Both the position numbers and the translations under genes were made by a program. The notes beneath the pieces are model-generated. The model was not told the DNA's origin and did no database searches. It saw nothing but the letters and a program-made list of their open reading frames with translations. Positions 8,592-17,372 of a stretch of DNA of 64,000 bases are shown one piece after another (position 1 is the stretch's first letter; each line of letters starts with the position of its first letter). The stretch spans positions 9,187 through 73,186 of IMG/VR virus record IMGVR_UViG_3300043672_000039; one strand, written 5' to 3'. Source of the DNA: a virus. Lineage: Duplodnaviria; Caudoviricetes.

Positions 8592-10604
8592 ATGGCATCC
8601 GTCGCCGAACGTTTGATAGATTACGATGGAACGTTTTTTCGGGGGATGAAGTCGGATTCCTACCCCGGTCAACTTCCTCTCGGTTATTACTGGTCCGGAT
8701 TCAATACGCTGAATCTCGGCGGCTCGCTTTCTTGCCGACCCGGCTATCGCTGTTTGATTACTTTCCCGCAAGGAAATCTTCAAGGCTCCGCGATTTTCCG
8801 TCCGCAAATCGGTCTCGAACAAATGATGGTCGCGGTAGATGGCGTTATCTATGTTGCTGAGTGGCCGTTTTTGGAATTTCGAATTCTGCCCAATGTTCAG
8901 TTTTCGCCGCACGCCAAGCAAATTTATTGGCAGCTTACCACCCAGTCGGCGCGTCGAGTTTCTCCGGATGTATTTTCATCTGGAATTGAAGTCATTCCGC
9001 CGCGCGTCGTGATGTTCATGCAGGACGGGGGCAACACCGCGCCTGCGTGGTATGATGGGGCACAGTCCGGGCACATCCGCGACCGCGAATTCGAGACCCC
9101 GGCGGGCAGTGCAATGATGTGGGTCGGAGATAGGCTTTGGGTTGCAAAAAGCAATCAGGTCTTCGCGTCCGATATAGGAAATCCGTTCAGTTTCCGAGAA
9201 CAAGTTTATCTCGGTAGCAACACTTCATTTTATTTTGTCGGAGATGTCACCGCGATGGTTAAGACCCCGAGCATTGAGTCTCCGCAACTCATGGTGTTCA
9301 CTGACAGCAATGGATCGATTCTGCAAGCGAACATTCGCAATCGGGATTTGTGGCCGCAAACGGATAACTTCCAAATGGAAGTGATTCAGATCGGTTGCCC
9401 GAGTCAGAACGGGGTAATTTCTCATTATGGTCGCATCGTCTGGATGGCAAATCAGGGAATGATTTTCTTCGATCCCGCGACTTCCGGAAAGATTACATCC
9501 CGGCTACCGGTGCGAGATAATGAAATGCTCGTCAGCAAGATTCGTTTAAACGAAGACTTGAGCGGCGTAGCAATTGGTTCCTTCGGACAATTCTTGTGCG
9601 TTTCCGTTCCGGCAGAATCTCTTTTCAATAAGCATACGTGGGTCCTCAATCATGCCAGCTTGCAAACGCTGGAGGACGATTCTGGTCCGTCATGGGCGGG
9701 CTACTGGCTTGGAACCCGACCGGTGAATTGGCTCTATGGAGACATCGTGGGCACCGAACGAATTTTTCATGTGAGCGCGGACGAAGACGGGAATAACCGT
9801 CTGTGGGAAGCGTTCATTCCGGACCGGCTCGATAATGGTTGCCCGATTACTTGGGCGGTTGAGACCCGAGGCTATTTTGGGCAGACGACTCAGTCGCATA
9901 AAGTCCCGGGCTCTCGCTGTCGCATGGCATGGGCAGACGTTGCGTTGATCGGGATCGAGGAAGATTTGGACCTTGGAATTTTTTATGCTCCCGGGGCTCG
10001 CGGCGCTTATATACAAATTCTAAAGAAGCGACTTGAAGTCGAAAAAGGTAGTTTGAGTTTTGATCTTCAGATCGACATGACTACGGAATTGTTTGCGTTT
10101 AAAGCTCAGTCTCGAAAAGAACGAACGGAAGACGCAAATCAAATGTCGATGTCGGTGGAAACTGGGTCATGCGATTTGGAGAGCCCCGACAACGAAAACA
10201 TTGACGAGAGCTTCCAGCTTTTGATTGTGGCACACGGACCGGCAACGATTTACTACATCCGCCCGTTTGCGTTCGCGGTCTCCGAAGATTTCTCTGGTGA
10301 TCCGGATGCTTGCATCGACGAGATTCCATTCAATACGGTTCGGTTCGATGGCACCGGTGTCCGTGCTTCTGATCTTGCTGAAGCGACGTTGGCCTTATCG
10401 ACGCGACCTCTCGCGTATTACACTGCGAACAAAACGGAAATCGTCACGCAACTGGGTATGTCCGCTATCGGGACTGGATTCGCGGAAAGTATAGTCTCTC
10501 AAGAGGCGGCGGAGCGCGTAGCTCGAATCATCGCGATTAAGCAAGCGGAGTCAGAGCTTAAGCGCGACCTGCCGAAAACTCTATCTGTAGGAGAAGGATT
10601 CTAA
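8592..10604 (+). CDS. Tail nozzle / packaged-DNA stabilization protein-like
   Basis: 670 aa, beta-propeller-like (GDRLWVAK..QVFASDIGNP), podovirus gene order. Confidence 0.55.
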   Translation: MASVAERLIDYDGTFFRGMKSDSYPGQLPLGYYWSGFNTLNLGGSLSCRPGYRCLITFPQGNLQGSAIFRPQIGLEQMMVAVDGVIYVAEWPFLEFRILPNVQFSPHAKQIYWQLTTQSARRVSPDVFSSGIEVIPPRVVMFMQDGGNTAPAWYDGAQSGHIRDREFETPAGSAMMWVGDRLWVAKSNQVFASDIGNPFSFREQVYLGSNTSFYFVGDVTAMVKTPSIESPQLMVFTDSNGSILQANIRNRDLWPQTDNFQMEVIQIGCPSQNGVISHYGRIVWMANQGMIFFDPATSGKITSRLPVRDNEMLVSKIRLNEDLSGVAIGSFGQFLCVSVPAESLFNKHTWVLNHASLQTLEDDSGPSWAGYWLGTRPVNWLYGDIVGTERIFHVSADEDGNNRLWEAFIPDRLDNGCPITWAVETRGYFGQTTQSHKVPGSRCRMAWADVALIGIEEDLDLGIFYAPGARGAYIQILKKRLEVEKGSLSFDLQIDMTTELFAFKAQSRKERTEDANQMSMSVETGSCDLESPDNENIDESFQLLIVAHGPATIYYIRPFAFAVSEDFSGDPDACIDEIPFNTVRFDGTGVRASDLAEATLALSTRPLAYYTANKTEIVTQLGMSAIGTGFAESIVSQEAAERVARIIAIKQAESELKRDLPKTLSVGEGF

Positions 10605-12316
10605 TGCGTATCGTCATTGATCCTCTCTATCTCCGGCGTCCGAAGTTGAATTATGTTTCCCCTCCGGTTTGCGAAGCTATTTTTTCTGGCTCTGGATCGC
10701 CGATTATTATTCTCGATGATATCAGCAAGCTACCCGGACCGACTGGATTGGTTTTGGGTGGTCACGGTCAGGTTCGCTTGAGTTGGAATCGCTACCCCGG
10801 CGCATTGTGTTACAATGTTTACACTCTCGTTATTTCTCAAACGGAGCTTTCGTTCCCGTGTTCCGATATTCAAGACATCAGTCAAAGTGGAAGCTATGTG
10901 CTATTGTCGGAGTGTCATATCGATCCAACGATAGTTATTACGCAACCGGGATGCTATCGAATCTCGGCAATCACTGGTGACGGTGAATCCGATTTGAGTG
11001 ATCCGATTTGCACCTGCGAGTGCCCGGATTGTTTTTGTCCGGACGGCACGGAGTTTTATCCGGATTACGAGGAGTGTCTTTGCTCTCCGCAGTCTTGCCC
11101 CCCGGGACAGGTTTGGGACCCGACGATTTGTCAGTGCGTGGGTTGCGGCTCTCAGCAATGCGCCCCGAGTTTTATTCCGGACTACGCTGACCCGTGTAAC
11201 TGTATCCCGAGCCCCGGCGGACCGACGAACGTTTGTAACGAAGAACAGACCGCTACTTGCCCGGGTGATTCCGTTACCGTCCCTGCCGGAACGTTTTGCG
11301 TGCAAGCGCCGAATCGTTTGCCCGCGACGATTGCCGCCGCTCAAGCGCAAATGAATGCAGAGGCTCTAGCCGAAGCAGAATCAGAACTTGAGTGCGATGG
11401 ATGGAGAATTTGTAACTGGGATGCTTCAGTTCGCGCGGCGATAGCTGCCGGGTTAGCGTCCGCCGGATGCACGGGAAGTGTAGCTCCGGAATGGGATGGA
11501 GTCTTCGACAAGTCTTACTCTTTCGTTGTTGGCCCAATCAACGAGGTAAAATATTTCGACAATCAATCAATCCTCGGAAATGCAGTAGCGCCCTCTGAAT
11601 TCCCGGGGTATCCGGGCGGCAATTGGCAGGATATGTGTTTCACTCGGCTCTATTACAATGCCGCTTCCGGAACATGGACGCTCTCGATTGGTTGCGCGTT
11701 CGATTGCACGGGAAATCAATACGCGTGGGTCGGGGAGATGGTCAATAACGAATCTGCGAACCCGGGCGGGATTTATACACAGACTTCCGGATTTTCTTCC
11801 GGCCCAACTACGATTGAAGTCGTTCCCACTTCTGGTGGTCATTGCACGGGTTGCCAAGCTGTCCCGCAGAGCATTCAAAATACGGTGTTCGCGCAAGGTC
11901 CGTTTGGAGCGTTTCCAGCTTGCGGAAATTTCGCAATTACGAATGGCTCCGGAACATGGAGTCTTACTCAAAATCTCAGCACTTGCACGGAAAATTTTAT
12001 TGAGATAACCGGGCAGACTTGTAATCCGAATGAGAACCCTTATGCTCTTACGGTGGATATTCCGTGGGACGATTCCGGTAACGTCGCCGCCGGGGTCCAT
12101 ACCGTTCAATTTCAGCTTTCGTTCAACGGAAGTTTGGTGGACTCGGAGACGCGGGACTTGGCAACCGGACCGTTCACCCCCGTTCAATTGACCGCCCCGT
12201 TGCCGGTCGGTATTGTTACAATTCGAATCGCAGTAGTTTTCCAGTGCGTCCCGAGCCCAAGCGTGACGGCGAATAACCTCGGCCCATTGTTAATAACCCC
12301 CCTCACACCACCATAA
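10604..12316 (+). CDS. Cysteine-rich tail-associated protein
   Basis: FN3-like N-terminus, CxCxC-like repeats (CPPGQVWDPTICQC), about 34 Cys by manual count. Confidence 0.55.
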   Translation: MRIVIDPLYLRRPKLNYVSPPVCEAIFSGSGSPIIILDDISKLPGPTGLVLGGHGQVRLSWNRYPGALCYNVYTLVISQTELSFPCSDIQDISQSGSYVLLSECHIDPTIVITQPGCYRISAITGDGESDLSDPICTCECPDCFCPDGTEFYPDYEECLCSPQSCPPGQVWDPTICQCVGCGSQQCAPSFIPDYADPCNCIPSPGGPTNVCNEEQTATCPGDSVTVPAGTFCVQAPNRLPATIAAAQAQMNAEALAEAESELECDGWRICNWDASVRAAIAAGLASAGCTGSVAPEWDGVFDKSYSFVVGPINEVKYFDNQSILGNAVAPSEFPGYPGGNWQDMCFTRLYYNAASGTWTLSIGCAFDCTGNQYAWVGEMVNNESANPGGIYTQTSGFSSGPTTIEVVPTSGGHCTGCQAVPQSIQNTVFAQGPFGAFPACGNFAITNGSGTWSLTQNLSTCTENFIEITGQTCNPNENPYALTVDIPWDDSGNVAAGVHTVQFQLSFNGSLVDSETRDLATGPFTPVQLTAPLPVGIVTIRIAVVFQCVPSPSVTANNLGPLLITPLTPP

Positions 12317-12321
12317 AACAA

Positions 12322-12330
12322 GTGACTGTT
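12322..12330 (+). promoter_or_regulatory. GTGACTGTT motif
   Basis: Intergenic, 6 nt before ATG 12337. Confidence 0.7.
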
Positions 12331-12336
12331 TAATAT

Positions 12337-13161
12337 ATGGCACTAAAACCTACAAATCTTTACATTCAGATGGCACCGTTGCCCGCGACCTTCAAAGGGA
12401 GCCCGCAAGATTTCGCGGTTGCCATGGTGCAACGTATGAAAATTCTTTCGCCCAACGGAACGAATTTCATTTTCATTGGCGACGTTGAGCCTATTTCCAA
12501 TGTCGGTCCGTGGTTGCGCGGCGGCACTCAATGGTGGGTCTGGGATGAGAATATCAAGCGATATGTTCCTCTCGATATCTCCGCGTCCGAGACGCGATGG
12601 TATTGGATGGGCGCGAGCACCCCGACGAGCACTCCTCCGCAAGTGTGGCTGAAGACGACGAAGGACGCGACGGACCAAGACCCGAGCCATGGCGAGCCGA
12701 TTGGCTGGTATGTGTTCGATGGCACTACTTGGAATCCTTTTATCGGAATCGTGTTGAGCGGTTCGACTGCGGACCGTCCGACTGGCGGAGTTGAATATCA
12801 GCAGTATTATGACACGGATATCGCTGTCCTTATCTGGTGGGAGCGGGGGCAGTGGAGAACGGTTTCCGGCGTTCCCGGCGATATCAAATTTACTGTGTTT
12901 GAAGTGCTGACGGACGCTCTGCGGTTCAATCCCGGCTGGGAAGTTCTCGGTGCTGGCAATCAATCTTTTCGTGGACGTATTATCGTTCAAGCGGCGAAGG
13001 ATTCAGGAACGTCACCGGAAACGGTGCTTACGGTTGGGGCAAATATCACCCCAAGGCAAGCTCTAGAAACTTTTGGCGAAAGTGATGGGATCAAAATCGA
13101 TAATGCGTCCACTTTAAAATATCCCGGGACCCTCGCTTGCTGGACTCTGGTAAAAACATAA
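12337..13161 (+). CDS. Putative tail protein
   Basis: Trp-rich ORF in tail module. Confidence 0.5.
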   Translation: MALKPTNLYIQMAPLPATFKGSPQDFAVAMVQRMKILSPNGTNFIFIGDVEPISNVGPWLRGGTQWWVWDENIKRYVPLDISASETRWYWMGASTPTSTPPQVWLKTTKDATDQDPSHGEPIGWYVFDGTTWNPFIGIVLSGSTADRPTGGVEYQQYYDTDIAVLIWWERGQWRTVSGVPGDIKFTVFEVLTDALRFNPGWEVLGAGNQSFRGRIIVQAAKDSGTSPETVLTVGANITPRQALETFGESDGIKIDNASTLKYPGTLACWTLVKT

Positions 13162-13163
13162 AA

Positions 13164-13739
13164 ATGCAATCGGTTTTTATCTATTCATTGAACGATCCGA
13201 TTTCGGGGCGGTCTCGTTACATTGGGAAAACTGCCAATCCCACAATCCGGCTAGATCAGCACATTCGAGAGTCTCGAAAAATTAAGAAAAACTACCACAG
13301 ACTAAACTGGATTCGTTCTCTGGGTTCACGAAATTTAAAACCGGTGTTTGAAATTTTAGATGAGGTTCCAGCGTTGGAATGGGAATTCTGGGAATGCGAA
13401 TATATTCGTCTCTATAGAATTCTAGGTTTTAATTTAACAAACTCCACGGATGGAGGAGAGGCAGGCCCTTCTATGAAGGGAAAAAAATTATCTCTGGAAC
13501 AGTGCGCGAGTCGTGTTGGTAATAAGCGGAGATTAGGAATTCCGCATACCCCGGAGAGCAAGGCCCGAATCAGCGCCGGAAGTCGAGGACACAAAAAATC
13601 TCTAGAAACGCGGGCGCGGATGAGTGCCTCTTTGCGAGGTAATACTCGTTTTGTTGGCCAGTGTTTGTCAGATTCGCACAAACAAAGGCTATTGGAAGGG
13701 CACCGTAAGTGGCGGGATTCACTCGTCAAAACCCCTTGA
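13164..13739 (+). CDS. GIY-YIG homing endonuclease with NUMOD3-like repeats
   Basis: FIYSL...RYIGKT...RL..H, E..YI, HTPESKARIS / KSLETRARMS repeats. Confidence 0.85.
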   Translation: MQSVFIYSLNDPISGRSRYIGKTANPTIRLDQHIRESRKIKKNYHRLNWIRSLGSRNLKPVFEILDEVPALEWEFWECEYIRLYRILGFNLTNSTDGGEAGPSMKGKKLSLEQCASRVGNKRRLGIPHTPESKARISAGSRGHKKSLETRARMSASLRGNTRFVGQCLSDSHKQRLLEGHRKWRDSLVKTP

Positions 13740-13743
13740 ACGA

Positions 13744-14205
13744 GTGACTATTAGAAAAAGAAGCAGTGCGGTAGTCAAGCAACTTGAAGTGAACGATTTA
13801 TGGCCTGTGTTGAATCATCTGGTCGAGAACTTTCCGAGAAAGAAATTTCTCTCGGAACCGATCAACGTGGATTATCTCGCTTCGAGTTGGAGCAGCTTAA
13901 TGAAAAACGGCAGTGCGGTCGCATACGCAACCTTTTTAGATTCAAAGCCCTCTGGGGTCTTGCTCGGTTTGTTGACGCCGGACTTGCACAACGGGAAACT
14001 TCAGGGGGTAGAGTTTTTCTGGACCGGAAGCAACACGCTTCCCCTTTTGGATATGTTTGAAGCAGAATGCAAAGCTCGTGGATGTTACCGGGTGGTCGCC
14101 GGACTTTGGGGGCAAGCCATCGGGCCTCGGGCTCCGGTGTTGCGCCGATTTTATCGTAGCCGGGGGTATTCGCCAGAAGCGGAATCCTTTTCGAAAGTGT
14201 TGTAA
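13744..14205 (+). CDS. GNAT-family acetyltransferase-like protein
   Basis: VEFFW...LLDMFEAECKARGC...FYRSRGY. Probable GTG start at 13744. Confidence 0.65.
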   Translation: MTIRKRSSAVVKQLEVNDLWPVLNHLVENFPRKKFLSEPINVDYLASSWSSLMKNGSAVAYATFLDSKPSGVLLGLLTPDLHNGKLQGVEFFWTGSNTLPLLDMFEAECKARGCYRVVAGLWGQAIGPRAPVLRRFYRSRGYSPEAESFSKVL

Positions 14206-14208
14206 TTT

Positions 14209-15183
14209 ATGGGTGAAATTTTCACAGCAGCGGGGCAAGTAGCAGCGGCAGCGATGCAAGCTGCTGCGGTGCGTGAAGCTACTCAAATGCAGATCGACGC
14301 GCTTGAGCGTCAACGGCAGTATGTTTACGCGAACCTCGACCCGAGCGTAATCGGCGGACAAGCCTATCAGGGCGATGTCAATCGCGCGTTGCAGCAGCGG
14401 AATTTGCAAGGGCTCATTGATCCGGCGTTGCTCAATCAGCGATACGCGGCGGAGAATGCAATCACTTCGCAAGGCTCCGAACTTGGACAGGAATCCGGTC
14501 GAGTTTCTCGTCAGGCTACAGATGAAGCTTTGCGCGGAACGCCGGGAATGGATTTGGTTAAGCAGAACCTCGTGGATCAGGCTTTGCAAGAATTGCAGAT
14601 GGGCGCGACGTTGCCGCCTGATGTTCAGGCTGAGCTTGTGAAAGCCGGGCTTGAAAAAACCGGTATGACGACCGGCTCTGCGTCCGGTCAAGGAACCGGT
14701 GGACAAATTTTGCGGACCATTCTCGGTCGCGCCGGTCTCGAACTGAAGGCGCAACGACAGGAACAGGCCGCAAAGCTTGCGACGACTGCTCAGAATTTGG
14801 AAGGTGCGCGGCAGAATATTCTGCAATCGCTTTTTCCTCGTCTGAATGAAGTCCAATTGAACAACCTCGGCGGACAGCAAAGCATCCTAGCGCAATCAAA
14901 TGCGATGATGCCTGAAGCTGGTTTGAGCGGTCACGATATTGCAAATATTTGGCTTGCGCGAGTTGGGGCAACGAATCAGCTTGCGCAAAATGCTGCAAAT
15001 GCTGCCGCCGCCGGAGCACAACAGCAAGGACAAATTTGGGCGGGAGCAATTGGAGGAGCAACTCGCGCCGCCGCAGGTGCCGCGCCGTCATGGAATACTG
15101 TTAGCGGTTGGTTTGGCGGCGGAGGGGGCGGCGGAACTGGTTCTGGAAATTCAATGGACTTGGGCGGCTTTGCAACAGATTAA
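14209..15183 (+). CDS. Internal virion (ejection) protein
   Basis: Ala/Gln-rich helical protein with Gly-rich tail, follows the GNAT. Confidence 0.6.
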   Translation: MGEIFTAAGQVAAAAMQAAAVREATQMQIDALERQRQYVYANLDPSVIGGQAYQGDVNRALQQRNLQGLIDPALLNQRYAAENAITSQGSELGQESGRVSRQATDEALRGTPGMDLVKQNLVDQALQELQMGATLPPDVQAELVKAGLEKTGMTTGSASGQGTGGQILRTILGRAGLELKAQRQEQAAKLATTAQNLEGARQNILQSLFPRLNEVQLNNLGGQQSILAQSNAMMPEAGLSGHDIANIWLARVGATNQLAQNAANAAAAGAQQQGQIWAGAIGGATRAAAGAAPSWNTVSGWFGGGGGGGTGSGNSMDLGGFATD

Positions 15184-15189
15184 AATTTT

Positions 15190-15864
15190 ATGCCAGTAAG
15201 CACACTCAACGGATGGACTAGCTCGGGATTACTTCCGAGCAGCACGGTCGTTTCACAAATTCTCAGCCGCGCGGGTTCAGGGGCGCAAGCCGCTCCTCCG
15301 CCGGGCTCCGTTCCCCCGCCTGCGGGCGGTGCGGCGTCCCCTCCGCTTTTCGGCGGGCTCGGAGGCGGTGCAACTACTCCCGGGGCTGGTGGATATCAGC
15401 CGTTACCTTCCGTGCCGTCCCGTCAGCCGCCCGGGTTTGGTGGGGGAGCCGGACCCGGATACGGAGATGTGTCCGGTGGACGAGGATGGGTGAATCCGTC
15501 ACTTACTCCCGAGCAAGCTTACTCTCAGTATTTGCAATGGCGAGGGTTCGCAGATACTACGACTCCTTTGCAGGCGAATATTAATGCGATGGTCGGGGCT
15601 CAGGGGGCCTTAGCGTATAGTAGCGCCGGAGACCCGAACCGAAATGGATTGAACTACGATCCATACGGCGCCACTTTGCGAGCGAATCTCGCGGCTCAAA
15701 TGATGGGTGTTCAACGTGCCTCGCCGTATGCTTATTCATATGGAACTCCGGCGGCTCACGCTCCGGCTCCTCAACCGGCGGGCGGATACGTCACCGGTTA
15801 TGGGGCTCCTCCACCTTCTCCCGGTGGTGGATTCGGATTCAGTGGCGGTGGATTCGGTTTCTAA
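15190..15864 (+). CDS. Pro/Gly/Tyr-rich low-complexity protein, probably internal virion
   Basis: Composition and position between ejection genes. Confidence 0.5.
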   Translation: MPVSTLNGWTSSGLLPSSTVVSQILSRAGSGAQAAPPPGSVPPPAGGAASPPLFGGLGGGATTPGAGGYQPLPSVPSRQPPGFGGGAGPGYGDVSGGRGWVNPSLTPEQAYSQYLQWRGFADTTTPLQANINAMVGAQGALAYSSAGDPNRNGLNYDPYGATLRANLAAQMMGVQRASPYAYSYGTPAAHAPAPQPAGGYVTGYGAPPPSPGGGFGFSGGGFGF

Positions 15865-15870
15865 AAAATT

Positions 15871-17370
15871 ATGGCTGGACTAGGCGGAGCACCCGCACAA
15901 CAAATTCAAGCTGGGATTGCGCCACAACCTTTGGTGACTGGTGCGCCCCCGTTGTCGCCCACACTGCTCAACGCTTTTCGTGACGGATTCATTACCGCCG
16001 ACGACATCTTTGAACGAATCAGCGCGACGACGAAGGCGAAGAAAAAGGCTGAGTTGCAAATGGCGACGGAAGCTACGTCTCCGGAATCAATTGAAGCTCG
16101 GAAACAGGTTGTAGCGGCTCAAGCGGCTCAAGCGCAGCTTGCACAACAGCAAGCCGCCGCTTCTGGTCCGCTCGTTGCTCCCCAAGCCGCACTGAGTGCC
16201 GCAGAGATTGCTGCAAAACAGCAGTTGCTTCCGGCGCAAACGGAACTGACCGCGCAGCAATTGGAAATGAATTCAAAGTTCATGTTCCCGAAAGCTTTGT
16301 ATGATATCGCAACCGAGCGGTTGAAGGTCGTCAACCCGGTGAAGCGAGTCGATCCGGCGAACGGAGCCGAATACACTCAGATGTTGAACGCGGCTGGTGA
16401 AGATGTGACCCCCGGTAGCCCGGCGCATGCCACTTACTCGCGCATTGCGCAAGGTGCTTTTTCTAATCTGTCTCCCGGTGGTTCGCCGCAAGTCGCCCCG
16501 AAAGCAACCGTTGCCCCGGCGGCACCGGTAGTCGCTCCGGCGGCTGCTCCTTCGGCTATGGTTACGCCGAATGTAGCTGCTCCTGTGACTGTTTCCCCGC
16601 TCGCGGGTAATCAAACTCGCGCGGCCTTGATGGAACATCCAGCTTTCTCCGGCGTCCCGGGTTCGACGATTGCGGCTATGTCTGATGCCGACGCTGCTGA
16701 TGCCCTCGTCAAAGCAAATCGTTCCGTTCCGCCGTCGCCCTCCGTCATTCAGCCGAAAGCTCCGTCAATGGCATACACTCCCGGAGTTGGATTGCAAACC
16801 GGAATGCGTTCGATTAAAGATCGGGCTCTCGTTCCGGCTGAAGGTGTGGAAAAACTCGCTTTGGCCTCGCAGGCCAAATCCACGGCGGACCGATTGCAGA
16901 AAGCATACGCGGATTTGATTCAGTCTGACCCTCAATTCACCGGACTCATCAACGGCACGATTACGAAGGCGGTAGCGGGGAAACGATGGAACGAAAAAGT
17001 TGCCGCCTTCGAACGTGAAGCTACAGCAATTCTCGCGCCAGTCGCCAAGGGAACCTATAATGAAACCGGCGTGCTGAGTGATAAAGATGTCGAGCGATAC
17101 AAAAATGTGTTGCCGGATTTGCGAGATACTCCTAGAGTGGGCAACGAGAAAATGCAACGGCTCATCAACGAAGTGAATTCGGCTTACTCGAACAAAATCG
17201 AAATGTGGAAGAAAGCGGGATACGATGTCGGTAATCTTGGTGCGGATAGCTCCGCCGCGACTGCGCCGACTCCCTCAGTCACCCCTGTTGCTGGCAAGCT
17301 GGTCACGATTCCCGGGCTCGGGACTGGCACCTATGACCCGGCAACCGGTCTTTTCACCCGGACGCAGTAA
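15871..17370 (+). CDS. Internal virion (ejection) protein
   Basis: Ala/Gln coiled-coil, Pro-rich linker, helical C-terminal domain. Confidence 0.6.
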   Translation: MAGLGGAPAQQIQAGIAPQPLVTGAPPLSPTLLNAFRDGFITADDIFERISATTKAKKKAELQMATEATSPESIEARKQVVAAQAAQAQLAQQQAAASGPLVAPQAALSAAEIAAKQQLLPAQTELTAQQLEMNSKFMFPKALYDIATERLKVVNPVKRVDPANGAEYTQMLNAAGEDVTPGSPAHATYSRIAQGAFSNLSPGGSPQVAPKATVAPAAPVVAPAAAPSAMVTPNVAAPVTVSPLAGNQTRAALMEHPAFSGVPGSTIAAMSDADAADALVKANRSVPPSPSVIQPKAPSMAYTPGVGLQTGMRSIKDRALVPAEGVEKLALASQAKSTADRLQKAYADLIQSDPQFTGLINGTITKAVAGKRWNEKVAAFEREATAILAPVAKGTYNETGVLSDKDVERYKNVLPDLRDTPRVGNEKMQRLINEVNSAYSNKIEMWKKAGYDVGNLGADSSAATAPTPSVTPVAGKLVTIPGLGTGTYDPATGLFTRTQ

Positions 17371-17372
17371 CT

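Noticed and set aside
13942-14880. Long antisense ORFs (also 40698..41525, 49241..49963, 51009..51743, 58420..59214 and others)
   Set aside because: Shadows of well-supported genes on the opposite strand, with no motifs or expression signals
16585-16593. Twelfth GTGACTGTT copy
   Set aside because: Intragenic (Val-Thr-Val), preceded by T, no downstream start. Consistent with the about 0.5 chance expectation.
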